A stretch of 64,000 nucleotides of DNA from Candidatus Omnitrophota bacterium. Lineage in GTDB: Bacteria > Omnitrophota > Omnitrophia > Omnitrophales > Aquincolibacteriaceae. The first letter of the stretch is position 1, and every line of letters begins with the position of its first letter. Positions 17,282 to 24,791 of this stretch are shown here, in pieces. The position numbers and the translations under genes are program-made. Below the pieces are notes generated by a model. That model ran no database searches and was not told where the DNA came from. It saw only the letters and a program-made list of their open reading frames with translations. The stretch spans positions 50,208-114,207 of the forward strand of contig JBAYGD010000005.1 of NCBI GenBank assembly GCA_041666865.1, written 5' to 3'.

Positions 17282-18593
17282 CCCGGCCTCCTATTTGTTC
17301 GGCTTTTGCGTCCGAGGACGATTTCTCTCCGAGGGCATCCCTCAGGACAGGACTTGCGACAAGAGCATCCGCCACGACATGATTGGCCGCAGGCGTGAAG
17401 TGTCCGTCATAGGGAAAATAAAGCTCCTGGTCGTTATGGCGTCTCAAATCCTCAAGCAGGTTGATGGAAGGAATTCCGTTTTCCCGGGCAAAAGACTCCA
17501 CCAAATCGAAGGAAAAGGTGTCCATCACCGTCTTGCCCTTCTCGAAGCCCCAGGAAACTCTCCCCTCCCGCCACTGGTCCGGTCCGACGTGCACCCCGTA
17601 GGGGTACATCACGAGGATAAAGCCCGCTCCAAACTGGCGCGCCAGGTCCCGGCACTTAAGGACATAGTGGGAGGTCCTTTTAAAGTGCTCCCGGATTTCC
17701 GCTTCCTTGTCCCGTCCGCGCAAAAAAAGTTTCCCGTCGAATTCGATGGTTTCGTTTTCAGTCGTGGCAATGACCGCTTTGACTTTTTTGCCCTGCGCAA
17801 TGGCATCGAGATAGCGGCGTAGCCCGATCTTCTGGATCTGCTGGACCGTCCGGACAACTTTGTTGTGGAGATAAGAAGCAAAAACGCTGTTGGCCCTCAG
17901 AAAATTCCAAAATTGGAATTTTCCGTACTCGTAGTAGGGACTCAGAGCAATGATTTCCCCTTTCGCGTCATAACGCAAGTTCTTCTCGAAATGCCAGTCT
18001 TCCCATAGGTCTGAAAAGTCGAGCATCATCACGATCAAATTCGGCTTGAACCTCGGGATTTCGTCGCGCAGTCTCAAGTCATAAATCAGCGGGCAGGTAC
18101 TGCCCCGGCCGACATTGATCACTTCGAACATCTTGCGGCCCGGGTCCAAACGCGCCTGAAGCAGGGAAGGAATTGTCTCATCGTCCTTCGCGCCAACCCC
18201 GAAGGTATAGGAATCGCCGACAAGGAAGATCCGGGTCACCCCTTCAGGCTTTTCTTCGGTCATGTCCGGCCCCCGAAACCCGAAGTTGTTGATGTGCGCC
18301 GTGACGTCGAACTCGCCGGGAATGCTTGAGACCATATGGAGAGCCGAACCGGGTTCGAAGGTGTGGTGATAGCGGGCATCGACCCGGCCCATCGAAAGCT
18401 TCAGGGCGTCGTCTTTACGGGCCAGGCGGAAAATGCCTTCCAAAACGAGAAGCAGAAGGACCAGGCTGAGGAGCGACAGCGTCAGATTGCGAAGAAAACG
18501 GAGGAACAACGGGGCTATCCGTGCGATGGAGTGCTCCCGGCGGGTTTGGGCCAAATCACCGAAGCAACCACCGACAGGGCCAAAATGACGCAA
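17268..18593 (-). CDS. SGNH/GDSL-type hydrolase with N-terminal membrane anchor
   Basis: GDS(Y) block IFLVGDSYTFGVGA. The N-terminal hydrophobic helix LTLSLLSLVLLLLVLEGIF is a likely signal anchor. The listed start at 18593 overlaps the terC stop, so the true start is uncertain. Confidence 0.55.
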   Translation of the reverse strand: MRHFGPVGGCFGDLAQTRREHSIARIAPLFLRFLRNLTLSLLSLVLLLLVLEGIFRLARKDDALKLSMGRVDARYHHTFEPGSALHMVSSIPGEFDVTAHINNFGFRGPDMTEEKPEGVTRIFLVGDSYTFGVGAKDDETIPSLLQARLDPGRKMFEVINVGRGSTCPLIYDLRLRDEIPRFKPNLIVMMLDFSDLWEDWHFEKNLRYDAKGEIIALSPYYEYGKFQFWNFLRANSVFASYLHNKVVRTVQQIQKIGLRRYLDAIAQGKKVKAVIATTENETIEFDGKLFLRGRDKEAEIREHFKRTSHYVLKCRDLARQFGAGFILVMYPYGVHVGPDQWREGRVSWGFEKGKTVMDTFSFDLVESFARENGIPSINLLEDLRRHNDQELYFPYDGHFTPAANHVVADALVASPVLRDALGEKSSSDAKAEQIGGRDGHL

Positions 18594-19447
18594 ATGGCGA
18601 GAAGCGCCGCCACCGTCGGGACCTTGACAAGATCGATCAGAAGCATCTTGACCCCGATCAAAATCAAGATCACCGACAGGCCGTAATGCAGGTGATGGAA
18701 AAGCTGCATGAGCCCCTCGAGCGCAAAATAAAGCGCCCGCAATCCCAAAATGGCCAAAACATTCGACGTGTAGACGATAAAAGGATCCGTAGAGATGGCA
18801 AGGACTGCGGGAATGGAATCTACGGCAAAAATCACGTCGGTCGTTTCGATGACAAGAAGAACAACCATCAGCGGCGTCGCGAAAAGCCTGCCGCTCTTAC
18901 GGAGGAAAAATTTCCCGCCCTCGTCGCCCTCGGAAACCGGCATGAACCGCCGGAAAACTTTGATGAGCAGATTTTTTTCCGGTTCTATCTGCTTGTCCTT
19001 TTCAAACAGCAATTTGAATCCGGTCAGCAGCAGGATGACTCCGAACACGTAGAGCATCCAATGGAACATATGAATAAGCGCGATGCCGGAGGCAATGAAG
19101 ATCGCGCGCATCACCAGCGCGCCGAGGATGCCCCAAAAAAGAATGCTGTGGTGGTACTTGCGCGGAACCCGGAAGTAATTAAAAATCAACAGAAAGACAA
19201 ACAGATTATCAAAACTCAGACTCCGTTCGAGAATGTATGCTGAGAGAAACTGAAAGGCCAGATCGGCGCCGCGGACCCAATAGATACCCAGGTTGAAAAG
19301 TAAAGCGACGACAATCCAGACAGCGCTCCAGATCAGAGCCTCTTTCATCCCGACCGCGTGGGAGCCCCGGTGAAACACTCCGAGATCAAGCGCCAGCATG
19401 ACGAGAATGACAGCACTGAAAATGATCCAAGCCAGAACAGGGGTCAT
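18515..19447 (-). CDS. terC: TerC-family integral membrane protein
   Basis: 310 aa. Typical TerC helices and motifs (...SLSFDNLFVFLLIF..., ...ETTDVIFAVDSIPAVLAIS...). Confidence 0.85.
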   Translation of the reverse strand: MTPVLAWIIFSAVILVMLALDLGVFHRGSHAVGMKEALIWSAVWIVVALLFNLGIYWVRGADLAFQFLSAYILERSLSFDNLFVFLLIFNYFRVPRKYHHSILFWGILGALVMRAIFIASGIALIHMFHWMLYVFGVILLLTGFKLLFEKDKQIEPEKNLLIKVFRRFMPVSEGDEGGKFFLRKSGRLFATPLMVVLLVIETTDVIFAVDSIPAVLAISTDPFIVYTSNVLAILGLRALYFALEGLMQLFHHLHYGLSVILILIGVKMLLIDLVKVPTVAALLAICVILALSVVASVIWPKPAGSTPSHG

Positions 19448-19465
19448 GGTTATCTCCGAAAGGTT

Positions 19466-19504
19466 TTTGAGAGAAAAAGGGCCAGTGAGTCATCACTGGC
19501 CCTT
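19466..19504 (-). terminator. rho-independent terminator downstream of the small secreted-protein gene
   Basis: Perfect 11-bp stem AGGGCCAGTGA / TCACTGGCCCT (19479-19504) with a 4-nt loop. On the minus strand it is followed by TTTTTCTCTC. Confidence 0.65.
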
Positions 19505-19535
19505 GGTGAGGAAAAGGTCATCCGACGCTCGGGAA

Positions 19536-19841
19536 TCAGGCTTGTGAAACCTTGACCGTGGTCGCCGTCCACTTTCCGGAGGAAGCCTCGAGGTCCGCGT
19601 CGAGCGACACTTGGTCGCCCGGCCGCAGTTCCGCCGCGGATGCCACCCCGGAAAAAGACGTTCCCATGGTCAGCCCGACAACGACCTTCTCGCCGCCGTT
19701 TTGCTGGGCCACTTCCATGACGCCGGCCCGGGAATCTACGGCCGCGATTTTTCCGGAAACCGACTTCGCCGACGCCGTGCCCTGACCAAGCATAAGTACG
19801 GCACAAAAAACCAACCCCAAGTATATTTTCATCATACGCAA
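19536..19841 (-). CDS. small secreted/periplasmic protein, unknown function
   Basis: 101 aa with signal peptide MRMMKIYLGLVFCAVLMLGQGTASA. Confidence 0.5.
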   Translation of the reverse strand: MRMMKIYLGLVFCAVLMLGQGTASAKSVSGKIAAVDSRAGVMEVAQQNGGEKVVVGLTMGTSFSGVASAAELRPGDQVSLDADLEASSGKWTATTVKVSQA

Positions 19842-19871
19842 TTCCTTTTACCGTCCGAATCGTTGAACCGT

Positions 19872-20447
19872 TTACTTCTTCGCCTCGGCAACCTGCGCTT
19901 GGACCGCCGCAACCTTGGCCCCGCCGGTCTTCGCGGTTTGAGCAACGGTCTTCGCAGCAGCTTGACCGGAAGCGGGGATTTTCGGAGTCACGACGGTAGG
20001 CGACTTTGCCACCGAAGGCATAAGATCCCGAACCACCGGTTTCGCCGAAACTGCCGGCGTGGCCGGAACCGCCGACCTCATCCCGGGGACAGCGGGCAAA
20101 GCGGGCTTGGCGGGAACCGCGGGCCCCGTCGGCTTCACAGCCATAGCGGAGACCGTCTTGGACACATTCCCCGCCGGAACGTTGACAGCTGCCTTTTTCT
20201 GGACCACCGCCGGAACAGCCGGAACCACAGACCGCGCCGGAGTTGCGGGAATAGCCGGCTTCACCTCGGCCGGAACCGCGGGAACCGCAGGGACGGCCTT
20301 GGCAACTTCTTTCTTTGCCTGCCCTTGATTGACTTGGGCAGCCGCAGCAGATTTCTTATTGATGTCCTGTGCAGCAGCAAAAGCCGCCGTCTGAAACGCA
20401 AAACATACCGCAACCAAAATGACGATGATGCAGGTCAACTTCTTCAT
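19872..20447 (-). CDS. secreted Ala/Pro/Val-rich low-complexity protein (AVPAVPA-type repeats)
   Basis: 191 aa with a signal peptide and iterated PAVPA / KPA motifs. The plus-strand ORF 19611..20480 is its antisense shadow. Confidence 0.55.
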   Translation of the reverse strand: MKKLTCIIVILVAVCFAFQTAAFAAAQDINKKSAAAAQVNQGQAKKEVAKAVPAVPAVPAEVKPAIPATPARSVVPAVPAVVQKKAAVNVPAGNVSKTVSAMAVKPTGPAVPAKPALPAVPGMRSAVPATPAVSAKPVVRDLMPSVAKSPTVVTPKIPASGQAAAKTVAQTAKTGGAKVAAVQAQVAEAKK

Positions 20448-20639
20448 CGATTCATTCTCCTTTCAATTCGATACCGTTGATGCTCGTGATGAAACTGAAA
20501 TGGCTAAAAAAAACCACCGCTACTTTATGCCAAAACCAACGGGCTGTCAATAGGACGTCCGGAAGGAAAGATTCATTCAACCACCAACCCGGCGTGAACA
20601 TACATCCTTCGAGCCGAAGGATGATGTGAACGCACCTAA

Positions 20640-20830
20640 ACCGACCGTTTAGGTGTTGGGGTTGGTGCGTAACCACCACCATTCCACACGAGACCGTCAA
20701 GGTCTCGGTGGATGGCACTCAACCAACAAGGTTGAGTGCTCGCCTGCGGACTCGTGCGCTTTGCGCAGCACCAACCCGGTTGGGGTTGGTGCGTAACCAC
20801 CACTCGCCTGCGGACTCGTGCGTGGTTACG
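20640..20830. repeat. tRNA-trailer repeat block: two direct copies of GGTTGGGGTTGGTGCGTAACCACCAC ... (C)TCGCCTGCGGACTCGTGCG, plus 9-bp-stem hairpins
   Basis: Unit A is at 20653-20678 and 20778-20803. Unit B is at 20739-20758 and 20804-20822. Hairpins: cacctaaac/gtttaggtg, cactcaacc/ggttgagtg, gcaccaacc/ggttggtgc. Similar pieces occur next to tRNA-Phe (23461-23530, inverted) and tRNA-Met (39080-39140). Confidence 0.7.
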
Positions 20831-20912
20831 TGCGGCGAGAGGGAATTGAACCCCCACCCCTTTCGGGACAGGATCCTAAGTCCTGCGCGTCTGCCAGTTT
20901 CGCCATCGCCGC
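20831..20912 (-). tRNA. tRNA-Leu (anticodon TAG), long variable arm
   Basis: The minus-strand sequence GCGGCGATGGCGAAACTGGCAGACGCGCAGGACTTAGGATCCTGTCCCGAAAGGGGTGGGGGTTCAATTCCCTCTCGCCGCA folds as a cloverleaf with anticodon loop CTTAGGA. CCA is not encoded. Confidence 0.85.
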
Positions 20913-20931
20913 AAGAAGAGGGAGAGAAGAG

Positions 20932-21005
20932 TGCGCCCTGAAGGACTTGAACCTTCGACCCACTGATTAAGAGTCAGTTGCTCTACCAAACTGAGCTAAG
21001 GGCGC
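20932..21005 (-). tRNA. tRNA-Lys (anticodon CTT)
   Basis: GCGCCCTTAGCTCAGTTTGGTAGAGCAACTGACTCTTAATCAGTGGGTCGAAGGTTCAAGTCCTTCAGGGCGCA is 74 nt with a 7-bp acceptor stem and T-loop TTCAAGT. Confidence 0.9.
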
Positions 21006-21099
21006 ATGTCTTGAAACAGTACGCGATTTGATGACCGGCAAGGAATGCGTATTCTAAAGACAGTCGGGCAATTAGTAAAGGGCCTAAATCGCCGTTTTT

Positions 21100-21948
21100 T
21101 CACTGCGGGGCCATCTGCCGGATCCCCTTCGTGGCCTCCTGATAGGCCTCCCGGTTGGTCGTAAAACTTTTTCCTTCGAGCGGAAGATTGGCAAATTCTT
21201 TCTGTAGATTTTTAAAACGCTTCTGGGTAATCGGATGGGATTGGTAATAGTCGAGAAAATAAGGGCGAAGCGCCTTGTCGGCCTCGAGAAAACGGTACTG
21301 AACGTCGATGAGCCCCTGGGGATCATAACCTGCCGCGACCATGTAGCCGAGGGCCTTTGCATCGGCCCGCTGCCCTCTTTTCTCCGACCGCGGGCGGACG
21401 GCTTCGAACAGGATTTGCATTACCAGGAGCCCGGCCATCGCCGCCGCCCCAATTTGCCCCACCAAAGGAGCCGCCATGGCCGCCCCTTGAGTCATCTGAT
21501 CCATCACCTTCTTGAGTCTCGAAAGACGGGGGTCCCGCGACTGCAACTGGGCGATTTCATGGGCAAGGACGCCGGCCAGTTCCGATTCGTTATCCAGGAA
21601 CCGAAGCATGCCGGTCGTCAGGTAAACGTATCCGCCCGGCGCAGAAGTCGCGTGAATTTTCTCGTCGTACAAAATCGTGAAACTGTACGGCAGTTCCTGG
21701 CGCTGGGCGTGGTCCGCCAGCGAGTGCCCGATCTGGTTGACGTAGGACACGACTTCCGGCTCCGTATAGGGATAAAAAGCGGCCAGGATCGATTCATTGA
21801 TCTCGCGGCCGGCCGCGATTTCCCGGCCAAGCTCGCCAGTCATTGCCTGGGAGTCGTTGACGCCCTCCCCCCGGGCCTTGGCCCCCTGGGACGCACATCC
21901 TGGAAAACCGAGCACAAGGACCAGCAGGAAAGCCGTTACCGCACGCAC
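21100..21948 (-). CDS. M48-family zinc metalloprotease lipoprotein (BepA/YfgC-like)
   Basis: 282 aa. Lipobox LVLGFPGCAS and HExxH motif (LAHEIAQLQ). Confidence 0.7.
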   Translation of the reverse strand: MRAVTAFLLVLVLGFPGCASQGAKARGEGVNDSQAMTGELGREIAAGREINESILAAFYPYTEPEVVSYVNQIGHSLADHAQRQELPYSFTILYDEKIHATSAPGGYVYLTTGMLRFLDNESELAGVLAHEIAQLQSRDPRLSRLKKVMDQMTQGAAMAAPLVGQIGAAAMAGLLVMQILFEAVRPRSEKRGQRADAKALGYMVAAGYDPQGLIDVQYRFLEADKALRPYFLDYYQSHPITQKRFKNLQKEFANLPLEGKSFTTNREAYQEATKGIRQMAPQ

Positions 21949-22051
21949 GGAAAACCCCTCCTTCCGGGATTCTTCCTATCATCGGCAAAAAACAATCGGT
22001 TTTTTCTGTTTTTTGCCGCCATTCCTCTTTATAATCTTCTCCACAATACAA

Positions 22052-22125
22052 GCGCCCGTAGCTCAATTGGATAGAGCATTTGCCTTCGGAGCAAAGGGTT
22101 GCGTGTTCAAGTCACGCCGGGCGCA
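22052..22125 (+). tRNA. tRNA-Arg (anticodon TCG)
   Basis: GCGCCCGTAGCTCAATTGGATAGAGCATTTGCCTTCGGAGCAAAGGGTTGCGTGTTCAAGTCACGCCGGGCGCA is 74 nt with anticodon loop CTTCGGA. Confidence 0.85.
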
Positions 22126-22140
22126 CTCCTTCTCGCATCA

Positions 22141-22213
22141 GGGGCCATTTCCTACAGGTACAGGCCTCCTCTTACTTGCCAAGTTTAGGCCTGTACCTGT
22201 AGGAAATGGCCCC
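22141..22213. repeat. perfect 27-bp inverted-repeat element, copy 2 (same arms as 12559-12629, different 19-nt core)
   Basis: Left arm 22141-22167, core cctcttacttgccaagttt, right arm 22187-22213. Sits between convergent tRNA-Arg (+) and the ROK kinase gene (-). Confidence 0.9.
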
Positions 22214-22218
22214 TATTG

Positions 22219-23169
22219 CTATGGCTCAAACGCCAGGGCAAGAGCGCCCAAATTCCCGACACGGTCGCCGAGCGTCGTCCTCACAATGCGCACCGCGCGG
22301 TAGGCTTGCTTCCACGATTTTTGGCGGCAGGTTTTTCGGAAGGTTTTCCAAAAAACGGGCGGAGCTGACTTGAGCATGCCCCCTCCCAGGATAATTTTTC
22401 CCGGATTCAAAATATTCAGGAGATTGGCCACCCCGACCCCGAGGTAGAAACCCGCCCGCTCATAGGCCCCGAGTGCCAGCCGGTCGCCCCGCGCAGCCTG
22501 GGCCCCGATCGCCCGAGCACTCACCTGCCCGCCAGGATCCCTGTATTTTTTGAGTCCGGCCGGCGTCCCGACGCGGGACCGGACATAACGGGCCACCGCC
22601 GTCCCGGAAGCATAGGCCTCCAGCACTCCCACTTCGCCAAGCTTCCATTTTTCACCTCGGGGTTCGACCGTCATATGACCGACTTCCCCGGCGACAAAGC
22701 TGACCCCCTCGAGGAGTTTGCCGTTCGATACGATCCCTCCCCCGACTCCGGTACTGACTGTCATATAAATGAAATGCGCAACACCGCGGCCTGCTCCGAA
22801 TAATTTTTCGGCCAAAGCGGCGGCATTGGCGTCATTGGCCAAGCGCACGGGTAAACGGAACTTTCGGGAAAGTTTTTCGGCGAGAGGAAACCCCGCCCAG
22901 CCTTCCAGATGAGGAGAAACGGGGACCACGCCTTTGGCCGTGTTGACGGCTCCGGGAAGACAAACGCCGATGCCCCGAATCCGGGCTTTCGGAATGTCGG
23001 CCTCGGCCAGAAGACCCTCGAGGGCTTCGAGAAGTTTGCGCACGCACAGGGCAGCATGACGTCCCTTGAGGGTCCTGATCTCACAATGCGCGAGGATCTT
23101 TCCCCGTTCATTTCCGATGGACGCTGAAATTTTCGTCCCGCCGATATCGATCCCGATTGCGTAGCGCAT
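22219..23169 (-). CDS. ROK-family sugar kinase (glucokinase-like)
   Basis: 316 aa. N-terminal IGIDIGGTKI and a ROK Cys/His block (...GHMTV...). Confidence 0.8.
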   Translation of the reverse strand: MRYAIGIDIGGTKISASIGNERGKILAHCEIRTLKGRHAALCVRKLLEALEGLLAEADIPKARIRGIGVCLPGAVNTAKGVVPVSPHLEGWAGFPLAEKLSRKFRLPVRLANDANAAALAEKLFGAGRGVAHFIYMTVSTGVGGGIVSNGKLLEGVSFVAGEVGHMTVEPRGEKWKLGEVGVLEAYASGTAVARYVRSRVGTPAGLKKYRDPGGQVSARAIGAQAARGDRLALGAYERAGFYLGVGVANLLNILNPGKIILGGGMLKSAPPVFWKTFRKTCRQKSWKQAYRAVRIVRTTLGDRVGNLGALALAFEP

Positions 23170-23316
23170 ACGAAAATTAATATATCAGAAAGTAAAAGGG
23201 GTCACACCTATTTAAATGCGGACGGGTTCGTGGGATGCCGATGCCGTTCGCATCGGCAAGGTTTGATCGGAGGTGCACTCATAATTGGTTGCGGAATAAT
23301 AGATGGGCGTTACTAT

Positions 23317-23343
23317 GGCCCTTTTGCTAGCGGCAAAAGGGCC
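23317..23343. other. perfect 11-bp stem-loop GGCCCTTTTGC-tagcg-GCAAAAGGGCC just downstream of tRNA-Phe
   Basis: Palindrome at 23317-23343. There is no U-tract on either strand, so it could be a processing or structural element rather than an intrinsic terminator. Confidence 0.5.
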
Positions 23344-23378
23344 ATTCCACCACTCACCCTGCTGGGTTCGTGTGTGGA

Positions 23379-23451
23379 ATGGGCAGGGAGGGAATTGAAC
23401 CCCCGACACAGGGATTTTCAGTCCCTTGCTCTACCGACTGAGCTACCTGCC
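23379..23451 (-). tRNA. tRNA-Phe (anticodon GAA)
   Basis: GGGCAGGTAGCTCAGTCGGTAGAGCAAGGGACTGAAAATCCCTGTGTCGGGGGTTCAATTCCCTCCCTGCCCA is 73 nt. Confidence 0.9.
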
Positions 23452-23582
23452 CGTAAACATACATGAGCCCGCAGGCGAATGATGATCACGCACCAACCCC
23501 CACCGGGTTGGTGCCAGCATCCTCATCCTGCAAGCGTGCGATGGGACGCCAATCATACTGGACATGCAAAAATGTGTCAAGC

Positions 23583-24035
23583 TCAGGCTGGATTCAGCCA
23601 CCGGTCAAGGCTGAGCGGATGATTCTTCCAAAGGAACAGCCGCAAACCGATAAAAACATTCGCGAGATCCATAAAAAAAATCTGAGGGACCGTCGGCCGG
23701 AAGAACCCCGTCCCGAAACATCCGCAGTCGCTCGGAAACCGCCCTGTCGCGGCAAACTCCCAGCCCAGCAAGGCCACGAAAATCAGGCTGCAAGACGTCA
23801 GGGCCAGGGCGCTCCAGCGCGTTCCGTAGCCGAGAATCAGGAATGTTCCGAAGACGAGCTCGATCCACGGCGAGACCGCGGCGAGCGCGGGGACCACAGC
23901 ATAAGGAATGAGCCGGTAAGCCGCCAGAACAGCTTGAAAGTTCTCGACGGGATTGACGAGCTTCGTGAAGCCGGCATAGACGAAAATCAGACCGAGGAAA
24001 AGCCGGGCCAAGAACCAGGGCGCGTAGGATTTCAT
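23583..24035 (-). CDS. MauE/DoxX-family membrane protein
   Basis: 150 aa with 4 TM helices and the Cys motif DCGCFG typical of MauE-type proteins. Overlaps the upstream DsbA-like gene by 4 nt. Confidence 0.6.
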   Translation of the reverse strand: MKSYAPWFLARLFLGLIFVYAGFTKLVNPVENFQAVLAAYRLIPYAVVPALAAVSPWIELVFGTFLILGYGTRWSALALTSCSLIFVALLGWEFAATGRFPSDCGCFGTGFFRPTVPQIFFMDLANVFIGLRLFLWKNHPLSLDRWLNPA

Positions 24036-24790
24036 GCTTTGTCGGAAACTTTGGCAGGGGGGGTATCGACGCTCACCGGATTCGCGGGCGTCATCGGCGC
24101 CGGCAGCACGGAAAGACCGGGCGAAGGCGTCACGGGCTCCGGCGGAGGCAGACCCAAAATGCCGCGAATGACGGAAGGCGCCTGCATTTCGAGCGCCACC
24201 GGGCCAACCATCCGTTCACCGTTGATAAAAAAAGTCGGAGTGGCCTGGACTTTCAGGACGTCCCCTTCGCGAGACTCCCTCGCGACCACTTCCTTGACTT
24301 CAGGATCCACAAGGCACTTTGCGAACACCTCGGGATTCAATCCTAATTCCTGCGCATAAACCAGGAAGGTCTGCGCGGGATTTGCCCCGAGCGGCCATTT
24401 GTCCTGCTCCTGAAACAAACGCTGCATATAAGGCCAGAAGACTCCGCCGCGGTGCGCACACTCGGCAGCCTGGTGGGCCACCGGCGACCAGGCGTGATTG
24501 GGAAGCGGAAAGTGTTTGAAAACGATCCGTATTTTTCCCGGATAGTCGCTCTCGAGCTGACTGAGGACGCCTTCAGCCTTCCTGCAGGCCCCGCACCGGA
24601 AATCGCTGAATTCGATGATCTGGACGGGCGCCCCGGCGGGCCCTTTGGACTTCTCCCCCGCCAAGGCAGGGCCCTTCGGAGATAAGTTCACGGCCCCCCG
24701 GTAACGGACGAACAGCACAGCGCCAGCGACGGCGGCGACGATGACAATGCCCGCGAATGCGTAGCGCACCGGCTTCATGGATTTACCCAT
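24032..24790 (-). CDS. DsbA-like thioredoxin-fold thiol:disulfide oxidoreductase (membrane-anchored, CGAC active site)
   Basis: 252 aa. N-terminal TM anchor, then ...IIEFSDFRCGACRKAEG... and a Pro/Ala-rich C-terminal tail. Confidence 0.75.
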   Translation of the reverse strand: MGKSMKPVRYAFAGIVIVAAVAGAVLFVRYRGAVNLSPKGPALAGEKSKGPAGAPVQIIEFSDFRCGACRKAEGVLSQLESDYPGKIRIVFKHFPLPNHAWSPVAHQAAECAHRGGVFWPYMQRLFQEQDKWPLGANPAQTFLVYAQELGLNPEVFAKCLVDPEVKEVVARESREGDVLKVQATPTFFINGERMVGPVALEMQAPSVIRGILGLPPPEPVTPSPGLSVLPAPMTPANPVSVDTPPAKVSDKA

Positions 24791-24791
24791 T

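Noticed and set aside
20059-20328. Possible CRISPR array or other tandem DNA repeats (the ggaaccgc/ggcttg periodicities)
   Set aside because: Periodicity comes from PAVPA amino-acid repeats within a coding region. There are no spacer-repeat units of CRISPR size and no cas genes anywhere in the window.
20640-23530. Integrated mobile element at the tRNA cluster
   Set aside because: No integrase, transposase, phage or conjugation genes occur between or beside the tRNAs. Only short repeats are present, so these are reported as repeat relics rather than as a mobile element.
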